The notes: a model not told the origin generated them from the sequence alone. A DNA stretch of 61,350 bases, filler included, from Hausera hauseri (GCA_046269625.1; 10 parts of 10 records of this genome joined end to end with filler, not necessarily neighbours in it); one strand, 5' to 3'. Shown: positions 48,400 through 61,350, numbered from the whole stretch's first letter. Numbers and translations: made by a program.

Positions 48400-51300
48400 C
48401 TGAGGTATGTATCGAGTGAGTTTTGCGCAGTGCTGCTACTTTGGGCTCTTATGTTTTGGGTGATTCGAGCTCTGCTTCGCGTATGAAATCGTTATATGAT
48501 GTAGGTGCTCGAGTTACTCGTTGAACAGACACGGCCTCGTATTTATCAGGTCCTTTCTGAATGAAAAGCGTTTGTGGACGCACATCAACAACTTTGTACA
48601 ATCCTTAGCCTGTACGTGTTAATTTTAACGATTTGCCTTTCTTTACTGCAGGGTAGTGAACCATTATGTAATCTCCAATCTTGTAAGTATGCGGTCGGGC
48701 TTTCTTGTTAAATTGCTTTTTATATCCGGCTCTGTATTTTTCTTCAGTTTTGCTTCGCGTTGAAAGCATTCGAGTCGTTTTAGTAAAATCTGGTATTGAT
48801 CATCCATGTGGTCGCTAGTTAACAAGGATGATGGTAGCAATTCCGTATCCAGTGGCAGCAAAGGTAATCTGCCAAACATTAACTCAAAAGGTAAATGATT
48901 AGTACTTTTAGTAGGTGTAGTATTAATTGCAAAGGCCGTGGTTTACAAATGGTTATGCCAATCCTTTTGATCATTTGCTACCTTTGTTGAAAGGTTACCC
49001 TAGATGGTACGATTCATTCTTTCAACCATACCGTTACATTGTGGATGGTATGATGTCGTTAACAAATGTTTGCACTGGAATATTTTTGACAATTTTTCAA
49101 GGAATTCGCTAATGAAATATGGTGCACGGTCGGTTAACAACTGTTTCGGGGTGCCCAGTACAGCAATAATTTCGTAGAAGGCTTCAGCAACCGTGCTACT
49201 CGTCATGTTTTTAATGGCCCTAGTATAACGTAGCGAGAATAGTAGTTAAAAAGTGACAGTATGTATTTGTATCATGAGTCTGAAGCTTGGAAGGATCCGG
49301 AGATATCCATTGAACACACTTCCATTGGCTTCCGTGCTTCAGGTAAGCTTCCTAAGAACGGTTTTACGTGAAATCCTCTATCTTTTCCTGTAGCACATAT
49401 TTTACACGAACGTATCCATCCTTCAATATGCTTATTCATTTGAGGCCAGAAATATTTTGCGGTTATACGCTTCAAAGTCTTGTTTAAAGATGGATGTCCA
49501 GCCAAGTGTAATTCGTGTTCTTGTAGCATGACAGCCTTGATGGCCGGTGTGGGTACAAGGATCAGTTTTTTTCTCCGACTCAGTCGTAAAATGCCATTTT
49601 CTGTTTTAAGATTTTCTCGGTTCTTTTCATAAAATTTTTGAATGTGACCCGATATTGAGTCAAGTAATTGTCCATTAATTAATAGTTTGATTTTAACAAT
49701 AAAAGGATCTTGGTTTTGTAAGTTCTCGATATTGCTTACTTGAATTTGGCGTTGTTCTTGCAACATATCATTAATGATTTTCTCATTCAGTTGTTTATTG
49801 TTTGCATTATCTAATGGTTTATAAACTGCAGCTACAATCTTATCGTATGGCATTTTCAAAAGCGCGTTAGCGTCTATGTTTCCTTTGCCAGGACGATATC
49901 GATATTCAAGATTATAATTCAAAAGTTCCAACTTCCATCTTTAGAGTCGGCTTGATGCATGTTTGGTGTCTGAGCGTAAAGATAATAGTGCCTTATGATC
50001 AGTAAATATTATGACTTTATGACCGTAAACGTAATACTCGTAATGTCGCAATCCATCACGAATAGCTAGTAACTCTAATTCAGTGGTTGAGTATTTTCGT
50101 TCTGTATTATTTAAACTACGTCCTACGTAGGCGATGACATTCTCAGTTGTTTCTTCTCGATTCTGCTGGGCTAATATATAACTAATAGCTTTTATGCTGG
50201 CGTCGGTTTTCAAAATAAATGATAACGAGAAATCTCGGTATCTCAATATAGGTGCTGATACCATTCGTTTCTTGATCTCGTCAAATGCATGTTGATTCTC
50301 TTCTGTCCATTCCCATTTGTGATCCTTTCGTAATAGTTTATATTGAAGCTGGTTAATTTCCGCAAAGTCAGGTATAAACGTAGCATAAAATCCTCCCAAA
50401 CCTAACCAGGCTTTCATTTCGTGCACGTTTTTTTGGTGGGGGATATCCCAATATTTTGGATATTAAATCATGACTAGTCAAAATTACTTGGTTGGAAACA
50501 ACAAATGCAAGATATCTAACCTCTTTCTTGCACCATTCACATTTTTTTCGGATTTAACTTTAATTTCGCAAGTTTAATTCGATCAAATACTTCTTTTAAT
50601 TCAGCTAAATGTGCAGACCATGTCTTAGATGCGATGAGAAAGTCGTCAATGCATGATAAACCTCGTACTCCTTTTAGCACCAGGCGAATAAATTCTTAAA
50701 AGAACGTGGATGCTGTTTTTAAACCGAATCGCATACGAGTGAATTGGTAGACTCCGGTGTGGGTCTTGAATGCAGTTTTCCATCGGTCTTCTTCGGCCAC
50801 GGGGATTTGCCAAAACCCACTTTGTAAATCTAATGTGGTGAAATATTTACAATCTTTGAGTTCATCTATAATATCTCGTATTAGGGGAATCGGATAAGCG
50901 TGATTCATCAAGTGCTTATTTAAGGTAACGTAATTTACACAAACGGTGTTTAGTCGTATTAGCCTTCTTGGCCATAACTATGGGAGAGGACCATGGCGAT
51001 TGACTTGGTTCTATAATACCTTTATCGAGCATAGCTTGAATTTGCTCCTCAACTTCCTTTTGGAGTGCTTTTGGAGGAGGGTACCATTTTGGTATAGGTT
51101 GTCGCAATAAATCTATTTATTATCCTGTTACCGGGTCAATCATAAATGATAATTTGAATTTGACTAAATGAGACCGCCCGATATCTGTTTCATTTTTTGC
51201 AAATGTCAAAATACTCAAAAATGAGATCTGAGAAGTTTTCTAGAAACTCATCTGATAAATTTTTCTTCGCTTTTGCGAGAACAACGTTTAATATATCTCC

Positions 51301-51494
51301 GGCATTTTCTTGTTCAGTGGTAGAGACGGTTACGACTTTGTTATCGTAATTCTCACGACGAGTTGTTTCAAGGGCCTGTCCAATTTTTGTGTTTGTGAAC
51401 AACGTGACTTATTTTGGGGTTGGGTTTAAAACTTCTACTGGATTAGTTCCTTCAATTACATTAACGCAATAATATGGTAATAATAACCCATTTC
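48400..51494 (-). pseudogene. pol: Pol (RT, RNase H, integrase)
   Basis: SPWSSPIV; LDLQSGFWQI; RMRFGLK; CIDD; KTDAS; HELHLAGH..CKIC; LTDRAPYF; YHPQCNGMVERMNRTI. Confidence 0.95.
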
Positions 51495-51594
51495 NNNNNN
51501 NNNNNNNNNNNNNNNNNNNNNNNNNNNNNNNNNNNNNNTTAATTAATTAANNNNNNNNNNNNNNNNNNNNNNNNNNNNNNNNNNNNNNNNNNNN
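51495..51594. other. Artificial contig linker
   Basis: N44-TTAATTAATTAA-N44. Confidence 0.99.
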
Positions 51595-54500
51595 CGCCAC
51601 TATTTTCTCAATGCGCTACCTGTCCAAATCCGGGCCCTACTTACCGTGGTGGAGGACTCCACACCGCTTGATAAATTGGCCGAATTGGCCGATAGGACAC
51701 ACGATGTCATACATGTAAATTCTCCACCAGTAGTTTCAGCAGCAGTTGCCGCTAACGATAATACATCTATAAAACAACAGCTTAATCAGCTGTGTGCTGA
51801 AAACATTGCACTACATGCAACAATAAACAATATCAATAATAAACTAAACAAATTGTCTATGTCCGGCCGAGGGGGTTTTGCTGCTGACCGCGCCCGTTCT
51901 ACGTTCAAAAACCGCTCAACATCGCCTGCTCGATCATTGATGTGCTATTACCACAGCAGATTCAACACTAATGCCCAGAAGTGTTGCCTAGGATGCAAAT
52001 TTTATAACAAGAGTTTTTCCTCGGACACCATTGTTTGCATCTACCATGCAAGGTTCAAAAATCAGGCTCGTAAATGTCTTCCAGGCTGCACTTTCAAACC
52101 AAATACGAATGACGGACGTACTGCCTTTCCTTCAAATATTCGTCCTAATTCACCCTTTTAAAAAAATTAAGTTCGCCCGCCAGAAGTCACGGTAAACTCT
52201 GGCAAAGGCATTACTTCACTCTGAATGCCGACATGTCTCTTTTGCTGTCGTTACTCTAAAGGCTGTAATGACTGCTCCTACAACGCAATCTGTTGACTTT
52301 TTCATCGATATAGGTGCAGCGATTTCTCTACTACCACAAACCTTTCCTACACAAAATACTCCATTCAAGATCAAATCCTTATACATTGCTTCAAGCCAAC
52401 CGCTGCACATCTTCGGCTCGACTAAATTATCTTTCACTCTGCCGAATTTTTTTCACCCTTTCACTGGACGTTTACAGTCGCTAACGTCTAGTTGGAAATT
52501 CTAGGATCCGACTTTCTCTCACATTATAATTTACTGGTTGATTGCAGTCAGCGATGTTTGAAGAACGGCATTACTGACAACATTTCTGGACATGTAAATA
52601 TCATTTCGACTACCGCGCAATAGACCGGAACGCAGAGGTCAATCTTAAAAAAATTAGCGAATATTTCGAATTTTCATAATAATTCTATTCGTAAATTTTT
52701 AAATAATAATATCGATATACGATCGAAGTTCGATGTCGATAATTATGGTACTGCCACCAAAGTTAACTCATTCAACGAAAATACTTCATCCAACACCATT
52801 TTCAATTCAACCATCTTACACCAAATACCACTTCACTGCACATTACATAACAACTCACAAATTGCATCAGCTACTACTCAAGCCGTTTCACTACTTCCAC
52901 CAAATCTCTCACAGTTACCTACAACTTTACAGCAATTAGTCAATGCATCATGTTCACGCGTACTTAAAAAGACTGTACTTTGACTCCGCAGACAGCACTT
53001 TACACCACATAGTCACACAGCATCAACGTCCAATAGGCCAAAAGTACAGCATCTGTCTCATCGCCGTAGACAGGCCGTAGAAGCCGAATTTCTCGAGCTA
53101 GAACGTTCCGGCATAGTACGCCGTTCTAAATCTCCTTGGTCATCACCGTTACACCTTGTACAAAAAAGGACGGTAGGTTTAGACCATGCGGTGACTACCG
53201 ACAGCTTAACATCTTGACTATCATGGATGCATACCCTTTACCACTCATCAAGGATATCTTGCATCGTCTTAATTCAACCACCATTTATTCGACCATTGAT
53301 TTAGCTAAAGCATACCACCAAATACCGGTAGCACCCGAAGACATAGAAAAAACCGCAGTAACTTCTCCTTTTGGCCTCTATTAATACCTATCCATGCCAT
53401 TCGGTTTGCGGAATGCCGCACAAACTTTTCAGCGGCACATCGATTCAATTCTTGCAGATTTCCCGTTTGTATACCCTTACATCGATGATATTCTAGTTGT
53501 TTCATCTTCGGCCAAACAACACGCGAAACACCTTCGCGCAATATTCCAACGTCTTAGCCACCATAATCTCCAAGTCGTTTTCTACAAGTGCCAATTTTTC
53601 GAAAAGCGCATTAACTTTTTAGGCCACGTTATTACACCAGACGGTCATTCTCCACAATCAGACCAAGTTGAAGCTCTTAAAACATCCAGTTGCCACGTAC
53701 GACCACCGAAATGCATAGCTTCCTTGGTACACTACACTTTGTACACAAATACGTCCCATACTGCTCCGAATTGACGGCGCCATTCGCACACCTAAGCGGC
53801 GGCATAAAACGTCATCCAATCCAGTGGACGCTTGAATTGGTTGACAAATTTGACAAGCTACGCGAAGGAATCAAAAATGTCGATATTCTAGCTTTCCCCA
53901 AGCCTGATGCAGAACTCATCCTTACTACTGACGCGTCAACCACTGCCGTAGGTGCCGTACTCCACCAGATCTACAAGGGAAAACCAATCACTAGAGTTTT
54001 TCTCTCGCAAGCTAACATCACCTGAAACCAGATATTCCACGTTCGATCGAGAACTATTGGCCATCGTTCTCGCTTTAAAGCATTTCTCACATCTACTTGT
54101 CGTTCGTCATTTCACTCTACAAACTGATCACAAGCCCTTACTTAACATCATTGCCATGAAACACCCTTCCATACACCAAGAACGACAAATATCATACTTT
54201 TCGACATTTAACTTCAATATTAAACATATTAACGGGGTTAACAATTTAATTGCTGATTTTTTATCTAGGTCGATTAGTTCTATTAATTTTTCACCGATCT
54301 TTATGCTGGATCAACTTCAACGGAACCAGCCATTTTAGGACTTGCTTAATTCTTTTAAATCTTGAACAATCGTTGACGGCATGGCTTTAGACACCTCCAA
54401 ACCAGGCCATTCAGTAATAATTCTAGCACCATCATTGCAAAGGCAAGCATTTCACAGCGTGCATTCGTTACACCATCCTGGTGCTAAAGCCACTTCTCGT

Positions 54501-56119
54501 TTACTCCATCGACAAGTAACATAGCCGTCAATACGTTCTGATGTGCAGGCATGGGTTAAGGAGTGTGTGGCTTGCCAAAAATACAAAACATCTAAGCACT
54601 TAAAGCCACCACTATTCCACTTTCCGTGCACATCCGTGAATATCGAAATCGTTGGCCCTCTTCCTCCAGAAAACGGTCATCAATTCATCCTCACCATGAT
54701 GGAACGTTCCTCACGATGGCCAGAAATCATGCCCCTGCGGAGCACAAACACCGACACCATAGTTGACGTTTTCATTCGCACATGAATTAGTAGGTTTGGA
54801 TCACCTCGCTTCATTATCACGGACCAAGGTTCCCAGTTTGAGTCCAACCGGTTCAAATCCCTTGTTAAATAATCCACCATATTCATACTACGCCTTATCA
54901 ACCCCAATCGAATGGCCTCCTAGAAGGTTTCCACCGAACATTGGAAACGTCACTACGAATCCTCGCAGAATCCAACACTAGTTGGACGAATCTTCTTCCA
55001 TTCGTTCTGCTCGGCTGGCGGAACACGTCGTCCACTTCTACAGGATGCTCACTTACTGACGCCTTATTCGGAGCTCCTGTACGATCATTATTCGATCTAA
55101 CAACCCTAGACGATACCCCCACGGATGAGAAGATACGAACGGCACAAAATCACTTCGTCGAGGTCAGCAAAGATTCGTTCTGCAGGATACTTCACAAAGA
55201 CAAAGCATACTTACCCGAAGATTTCTATTCGGCAAAATTCGAATGGCTGAAGAATCAAGCGCCTTGGAGTTTCCAGCCACGGTACCTGGGGCCCTACAAA
55301 CTGATACAGCTACATTCACATAACGTCATTATCTCCAAAGACGTCAAAGACCTTACAGTACACATTAGCAACTCAAAGCCTGCTTTCTTTGTTGACGACA
55401 CCTTACCAACCAACACGTCAAGCTCTTTTCTTACTCCTCCACTCCCTGCCATCCCTACATCTATTGCTACGCCATTTCCACCTTCCTCTTCTACGCTTAG
55501 TCCTGCTACATTATTTTCTACACTTTCTACTTCTATTCCTACCACTACTTTTATATCATCTTCCTCTTCCACTCTTTCATCCAACACAATTCCAATCACT
55601 ACTCCAACCTTTTTCTCTCTTCCTTTATCCGCCACTACACCTTTCATCACTCATTCGTCTTCTAACACTCTTTTTAATGCCTTTAACCATCCGTCTTCAA
55701 CAATCCCTCTTCCTTCTTTGTCTTCTTCTTCTCTTTATCCTGATTCATCTTCGCACGACACAACACCTACACCAAAATCTACCAATTTTTCCCCAACCTC
55801 AATCTCTGCAAACAAACACACCGCATAAACACAGAGTCACATTCAGCAAGTATAGCAGGGAAAAATCAGTCGAAGGTACCCAATGCCTTATTCACACTAA
55901 GATCAACTGACACAAACACTTTTTGTTTTGCGATTTTTCTGTCCTTTTTTTACTCTTCATAGTTCTCACTTTGCCACGGGGGGTGATGTGGTGCCCGCGT
56001 CGACCGTCGCCCTCTGGCCCATTCGGTTGGGCACGGTCGAGATTCCGCTGCCGGCGCATCGGGCGCATAGACAGGCTCCAATTTTCTGCCTCGAAGCGGC
56101 ACAATACGATTACACCAAA
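51595..56119 (+). mobile_element. Element I: CsRn1-like Gypsy copy (gag-PR-RT-RH-INT-PPT-3'LTR)
   Basis: CYYH..C...C twice; FFIDIGA; RPCGDYR; YIDD; TTDAS; integrase core; PPT 55978-55986. Confidence 0.92.
55987..56119 (+). repeat. Short 3' LTR of element I
   Basis: TGTGGTG directly after the PPT and CACCA near 56117; homologous to 43170-43255. The right end is uncertain. Confidence 0.6.
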
Positions 56120-56331
56120 AGCTTGTAATTCATTTTAAATGGATGAATCAAAACGGCTAGATGAAACAATTTGGTTATCAAACAGTCCAATTTTCATAAA
56201 TTGTATTATAATAAAATATATGTACACTTATATTCGAAGCATTATCGACCAATAATTCAGTATTTATCAAAAGACGTCATCCGAAGCTGAAAAATGGCTC
56301 AATAAATCTATGTATGACCACAACTTTAGTT

Positions 56332-56431
56332 NNNNNNNNNNNNNNNNNNNNNNNNNNNNNNNNNNNNNNNNNNNNTTAATTAATTAANNNNNNNNNNNNN
56401 NNNNNNNNNNNNNNNNNNNNNNNNNNNNNNN
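56332..56431. other. Artificial contig linker
   Basis: N44-TTAATTAATTAA-N44. Confidence 0.99.
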
Positions 56432-56900
56432 CGTTTTTCGTTATTTACACCTCGGCATCAAATACACCGTAAATGTACATCAAGGTAGATTACTCCAACG
56501 CTTTAGCAAAGTGAACATCCAATCGCGGATTTCCCTGTTGAGGTAATTGAGCCTGCTCAACGTCATAATCCGGAGTCACGATAAAGGTGAAGAATGGATA
56601 GGTTGACTTGAACAAATCCATCGATATGCCATTGTTGACATTTTTGTTCAGCAAACCAATATTTCGCACAATAGATTGCATATATGTACAAACATAATCA
56701 TTATACTCAAAGACTTCTCAACGTCTCAACTAAATCCGCATTCCGACCCAAACTGATGTAATTCACATTGCTATGGGTAAACGTTTCCTTATCGGTCGTA
56801 TAACTGCCCGTTTGTTGAAAAGTCGTTTGAAATGTAACAAGTACCAATTTCGGCATTCGCATGTCACCAAACAATGAGTCCTTGTAAAACGTTGTCGAAC
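56432..56900 (-). pseudogene. Polinton major capsid protein, C-terminal part
   Basis: Homologous to 14007-14290 (STTFYK..FGDMRMPK..NNGISMDLF..RLDVHFAKAL). Confidence 0.88.
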
Positions 56901-59900
56901 AGTCCGTCAGAAGACTGTAGCACTTTGGGCGTTAGAATATCCATTCCCAATACCGAACACGACCTTGACTTTCATCCTCGAAGCAACCAATTTTATTGGT
57001 GATCGCGCTGCTGTACAACGGATGATCCGGTGGGTAGTTGGACGTGTCCAGTAATCCATCTGACTGCATTTGCTGCAGTAGCTGTTCGCAGTTGACGTTT
57101 TCCAGTTCCAAGAAAAAACTATCTATCACTGGCAATTATATTGATCTTGCATCCGCCGCCGAACATTTGACGGTAACGTGCCAAATCGCGATACTGCAGC
57201 TCATACATCCGCTACTTACTCGGGTCCAATACCACTTGTCCGATGTAACTTGGCCGGTCCAGAACGACTTCTTCCCTGTTTAACAGCACCGCAACCAATC
57301 CATAGGCAATGTGCATTGACCGCCAAAACTGTGCCTCACTGGTATACGCAACCACCCGCTTTTCCGAGTTACATAGGCGCACATTGAACCGCTTTTTCAG
57401 ATTCTCCACTGTTTTTCTGTAAAGGGAATTGTTTTTCATCTTGTAGTAGCCCTTTTGGAACTTTGTACAAGCTGCGGCTAGTTTCTCCGAATTCCCGTCT
57501 ATGTACGCCTTGAATATGGGAGCCTGAGTAAATCGAATTGCACGATGCAGCTGTGACACGTACACCGAGCTACATGTAGAACTGTAGCAGACGCCAATGG
57601 ACCATATAATTCAGCTTCGGTTCATGCGTCATAAACAGTTTCTTCACTTTTGAGACTGGCGGACATTGTTTAATGGTGCGACCGGTAAATCGTCCAAAAC
57701 GTCATGCATCTTATCCGGTACCACGAGATCGACCTCCATCAGGTATCCGACTAAGCCTACCATGTCTGCTCGTGGTAAGATGACCATTATATCGTTCAGA
57801 TCTTCTCTGTCGACAACCCATTCAAATGAACTGTACGCAAGAGCTGCGAAAGCGCCCAGGCGTACAGGTTATTAATATCATTATACATCAGTGTTGTGGT
57901 ATCGGTAGCACTGACCTGGTGCTTGTTGACAAATGTCATGTCGCCGCGAATACCAACATCAAACAGCCGGTACATTTCCGAGTCTTTCAGCAGCTCAATG
58001 TCTCGATCCAGCAACATTAGACCTAACGCCCAACTCATTCCCGGTATGGAATAAAAATTGATCGACTCCAACCTATCTTCTGCCAGCACTTTGGTCCGAA
58101 ATGCTTCGAACACCTCGGCTAATACACGTCCGGTTTAAGATACTGGAGCATGTAATCCAACATATTTCTACAGCCCAGTTCTATCCAAGATTCTTGTGCT
58201 CTCCGATATCCATCTTCTGTGATATCTGTCCATCGCGACGGTAATTCCTCTGCTGCCCGGAGTCGCTCATATAATGTTGCAAAGTCATGTAAATATACCT
58301 TCGCTGCGTGCAATATGTGCAGGGAACTGCGTCAGTGCTATCAGCACATCTGGCAAAGCACTAACCAGCTTTGCCAATGATTCAGTGAGAAATTGCAATG
58401 AATCAAGGAAGCGTACCTGGAATCGGTTTACTCGTGCCGACAGCGATAGGTATTTCTCCATTATCGTTGGGATTATGGAGAGTTCCCAGTGCGGAAAGCC
58501 GTTAATGGCCTATTTGAGAATATGGTGACAGTCAACCTCAAAAATTATGAAAGATCATCGGAAGGAATGTTCGCTCTCGCCTTGTTGAATTGCATGAATT
58601 ACATGCTTCTCCCAAGTATCGACCGGTGAAATGATTGTGATCCGGTACGAGCCGTTCCTGTGCATCAAACGGTATTATTTTGTGGCACAGATGGTATTCA
58701 TCGGTGACAGCGAAAAGCAACGGTTGATATTCGTTTGCCCAAATCAATGGCTTATTGCAATTGTTGCGATACCTGGGCGCAATTTCCGTTTACACTATGG
58801 TTTCCATCTACTGCAGGAAATCACTTAGAGTTCCAACTATGGAAAATGTAATACTGGTTGGCCGGCGGCTTCTATCGGTACTAGCAACATACCGACGGCA
58901 ATTAGAACGTGCTTTTTATCGTATACATTGTGCCGCGGTAGAATTACTTCGATATTGGCATACACCACATATGCCTGCCTATCCGTTTTAGACCAATCAC
59001 TGAACCTGAGCTCCTTTTTTTACGTGCATGACGAACATTGTTGTTCCTGATGCGTTTTGCCTGCTTAGCGTGACATGTTTCTTCCACGTTGTTTCCGATT
59101 TGAATTCATAGACATACAGTACACAATTTGCATGGTATTCGCTTTTTGATGAACAGGTCATGCTCCATGTTCAACAATCTATCCAGATTTGTCACTGCCA
59201 CGTAATGAAATTTTTCAGCCTCTCCAACAGCAACAAATTTACCGTGCGTCCATTCGGGTTCCGACTACGATAAATTATGTCCACATGGAGTTCTTATAAA
59301 TTTCTTCATCTTCCGGTATTTCAATTAGTGTTGTACCGGAAAACGTTGATTGACAGCATCAGATTAAGCAGTTCAAAAGCAGGAATGGTTTTCAGTTTCA
59401 TCGGCATCCAGCATTCATCAAATTGCAATTCGGAAAAATACTGCCGATACTGATTTCGACGATTTTCATGATCTGCTCACTTCGCTGTACTTTAATACAC
59501 CCAGAATACTGTAAGAAAACAGTATTCGTCGTTAGTATTTTGTACATTCACTACCACCAGACTGCTTTAGAGATGCAGGTGTCGGTATGAATGACCGTCC
59601 AGACAAATACATCACGTCAACCGACTTTGCTATGATAAAACCGAGTGTGACTACTCGTATAATTCGCCATTCACTACCCTTTTCGGTATAGTTGGCGATT
59701 TTCTCATCCAACTTTTCGCCTACATCGGTAATAAAATCTTCCGAATACGGTACGGCTCGATGTGACATGTACCATTGTTTCCTGTCACCTTCAACGTTTT
59801 TAAACTCTGCAAGTGCATAATATTGCACTTTGCAATTGTTGCGTTTGAATTTCTCCACCTCTAATTCCAACCGGCTGCGCACACCGGACGAAACATGTCT

Positions 59901-60146
59901 CAGCTGTAATTTTGTTGTCTCCGATATGTTAACTTTCATATCCACGTACGATTTGTTTAGATCGCACTTGACAGTAATGGAAGGTTCCTGCTGTTGCATC
60001 TGCTTCTGTTCAGTACTGTTTCGGATGTATTCGTCAAGACTTGTTGAGGCCTGACGTTTTCTGCTTGTTAAGAGGATACTAATAATCTTGTCGCCATCAC
60101 TATTTCCTTTTTGGACTGCTGAAACTGGTTCAAGTGATCCTTGCAC
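56901..60146 (-). pseudogene. polB: Polinton protein-primed family B DNA polymerase, C-terminally truncated
   Basis: GSEWRI..SFIPTP; DHNHFTGRYLGEACNSCN; FHNF; RFLDS; YLKPDV; GIRGD; YNDINNLY; KMKNNSLYRKTVEN; IGCFEDE; RPKCYS. Confidence 0.92.
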
Positions 60147-60424
60147 TGGTTATAAAATTGTTCATAATTGATTTCATCAATTATCGAACAACCGGGACAA
60201 ACGTAGGCCCGTTTACCGTGTACCGTTGTGGCACCATAGTATTGCTCCATTACACTATGGCAACCATCAACGTCATGTACTCTACAACTACAGTATCGCG
60301 GGTGTGTGGGGCAATGCACAACTATCATCTTCTTTGCACGCGTCAACGGGCCAAGATGATGCTTGTGCATCGCATAAAAGTCGGGGTATGGACAAGGGGC
60401 CGAAATACTACCGCACATTGGCAC
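60068..60424 (-). CDS. Small Cys/His-rich hypothetical protein upstream of polB
   Basis: ORF track; CxxC-like motifs; function unknown. Confidence 0.3.
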   Translation of the reverse strand: MPMCGSISAPCPYPDFYAMHKHHLGPLTRAKKMIVVHCPTHPRYCSCRVHDVDGCHSVMEQYYGATTVHGKRAYVCPGCSIIDEINYEQFYNQCKDHLNQFQQSKKEIVMATRLLVSS

Positions 60425-60699
60425 AAATATGAGTTCGTGCCAACGGTGTAATATTTAGCCATCTGCTGATGGCACTGCTCCTGCTTCGCATGTATGTGCG
60501 AGACGCAATACATGGGATAATTAGTACACATCTGAATGGAAAACAAAATAAAATAAATGTTTTATATTAAGTTGTAAATGCCATAAATTGAAATATGACA
60601 ACTTATTTGTTGATCTTGAGAATAAAAAGTCTCCTTACGCCCTTATAAACAATTATTCTAAACGCTACAACAACAACAACAACAACAACTAAAAATCAC

Positions 60700-60975
60700 A
60701 TGGAACAGTACATTGAAAGCGAGATTAAGAAATTGACCGATGACATTTTGACTGGATATATGTTTGATGTTCAGGTTTTGTGTGAGCTCGCAGAAACAAG
60801 AATAATTAGTCGACAGGAATATATTGAATTAATTATCAAATCTCTATTCATACAACGTATCAAACATGAAATGAAACGAAAACGGCAACAACAGCGACGG
60901 ATTAATTTCCTCATTGGACTTGTTTTTTCTTCTTCGCTTTGTATTGTAATGAAAACGTTGATTGACCGTATTTAA
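60700..60975 (+). CDS. Small hypothetical protein with C-terminal hydrophobic segment
   Basis: Intact 91-aa ORF preceded by a (CAA)n leader; KRKRQQQRR then INFLIGLVFSSSLCIVM. Confidence 0.4.
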   Translation: MEQYIESEIKKLTDDILTGYMFDVQVLCELAETRIISRQEYIELIIKSLFIQRIKHEMKRKRQQQRRINFLIGLVFSSSLCIVMKTLIDRI

Positions 60976-61350
60976 TCATACATTTGTACATATTTTGTTA
61001 CGTTTGTTTTCGTGAATCAATATAATTTATTTCTCGTGTCTTTTTTGTTGTTGTTACATTTTAGTATAAATACTTATGCTTAGTTACGGCATGACATTAC
61101 GACATGTCCCATTTATCAGAACTCATTTGTTTGTATCACTCCTTCGACGATCTCCGGAGTTACCTTTACAATCTTGACCGACCTTTACACGATGCACGAT
61201 ACTGTTCTCCAGAAGAGATACTCCGGCGTGCTGAAAAGATTTGGAGGGCACGGGAACCTTATCTATGATATATGAACAGGTTGGTGGTGACATGGACATG
61301 ATATTCTGTCAGATTTTTCGCACATGGCTGAAATTGGCGGATACCTATGC

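Larger units (their letters stand above)
45496..51494 (-). mobile_element. Element H: Ty3/Gypsy pol with a long 3' extension (membrane protein, pseudo-exonuclease)
   Basis: RT, RH and INT motifs followed by co-oriented ORFs; shares PKWYPPP and TTKHRxC with element B. Confidence 0.9.

Overview
The window is not one locus. It is ten contigs joined by nine 100-bp linkers (N44-TTAATTAATTAA-N44), apparently from an AT-rich animal (probably invertebrate) genome, and consists mostly of decayed mobile or endogenous viral elements. Contents: (A, 1-5038) GH18 chitinase last exon, SINE and LINE remnants; (B, D, H) three related or similar large Ty3/Gypsy elements; (C, J, part of F) Polinton/Maverick pieces; (E, G, I, part of F) CsRn1-like Gypsy copies; (F) a further Gypsy inserted in a Polinton polB. 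The main candidate for a new system is the large Gypsy lineage. In B a chuvirus-like (class III/gB-type) glycoprotein lies BETWEEN gag and pol, in frame with protease-RT, behind an internal signal peptide and a ubiquitin-like + GRPRK module. D independently shows the same gag-Ubl-GRPRK-glycoprotein order, and adds two REX4/ISG20-like pseudo-exonuclease domains plus an intronless IAP (BIR-BIR-UBA-RING) and a UBA-RING gene packed directly upstream of gag. H shares RT signatures with B and extends integrase in frame into an FN3-containing membrane protein, followed by another pseudo-exonuclease. All domain calls are motif recognition by eye on manual translations across stops and frameshifts; no database search was run, and novelty is untested.
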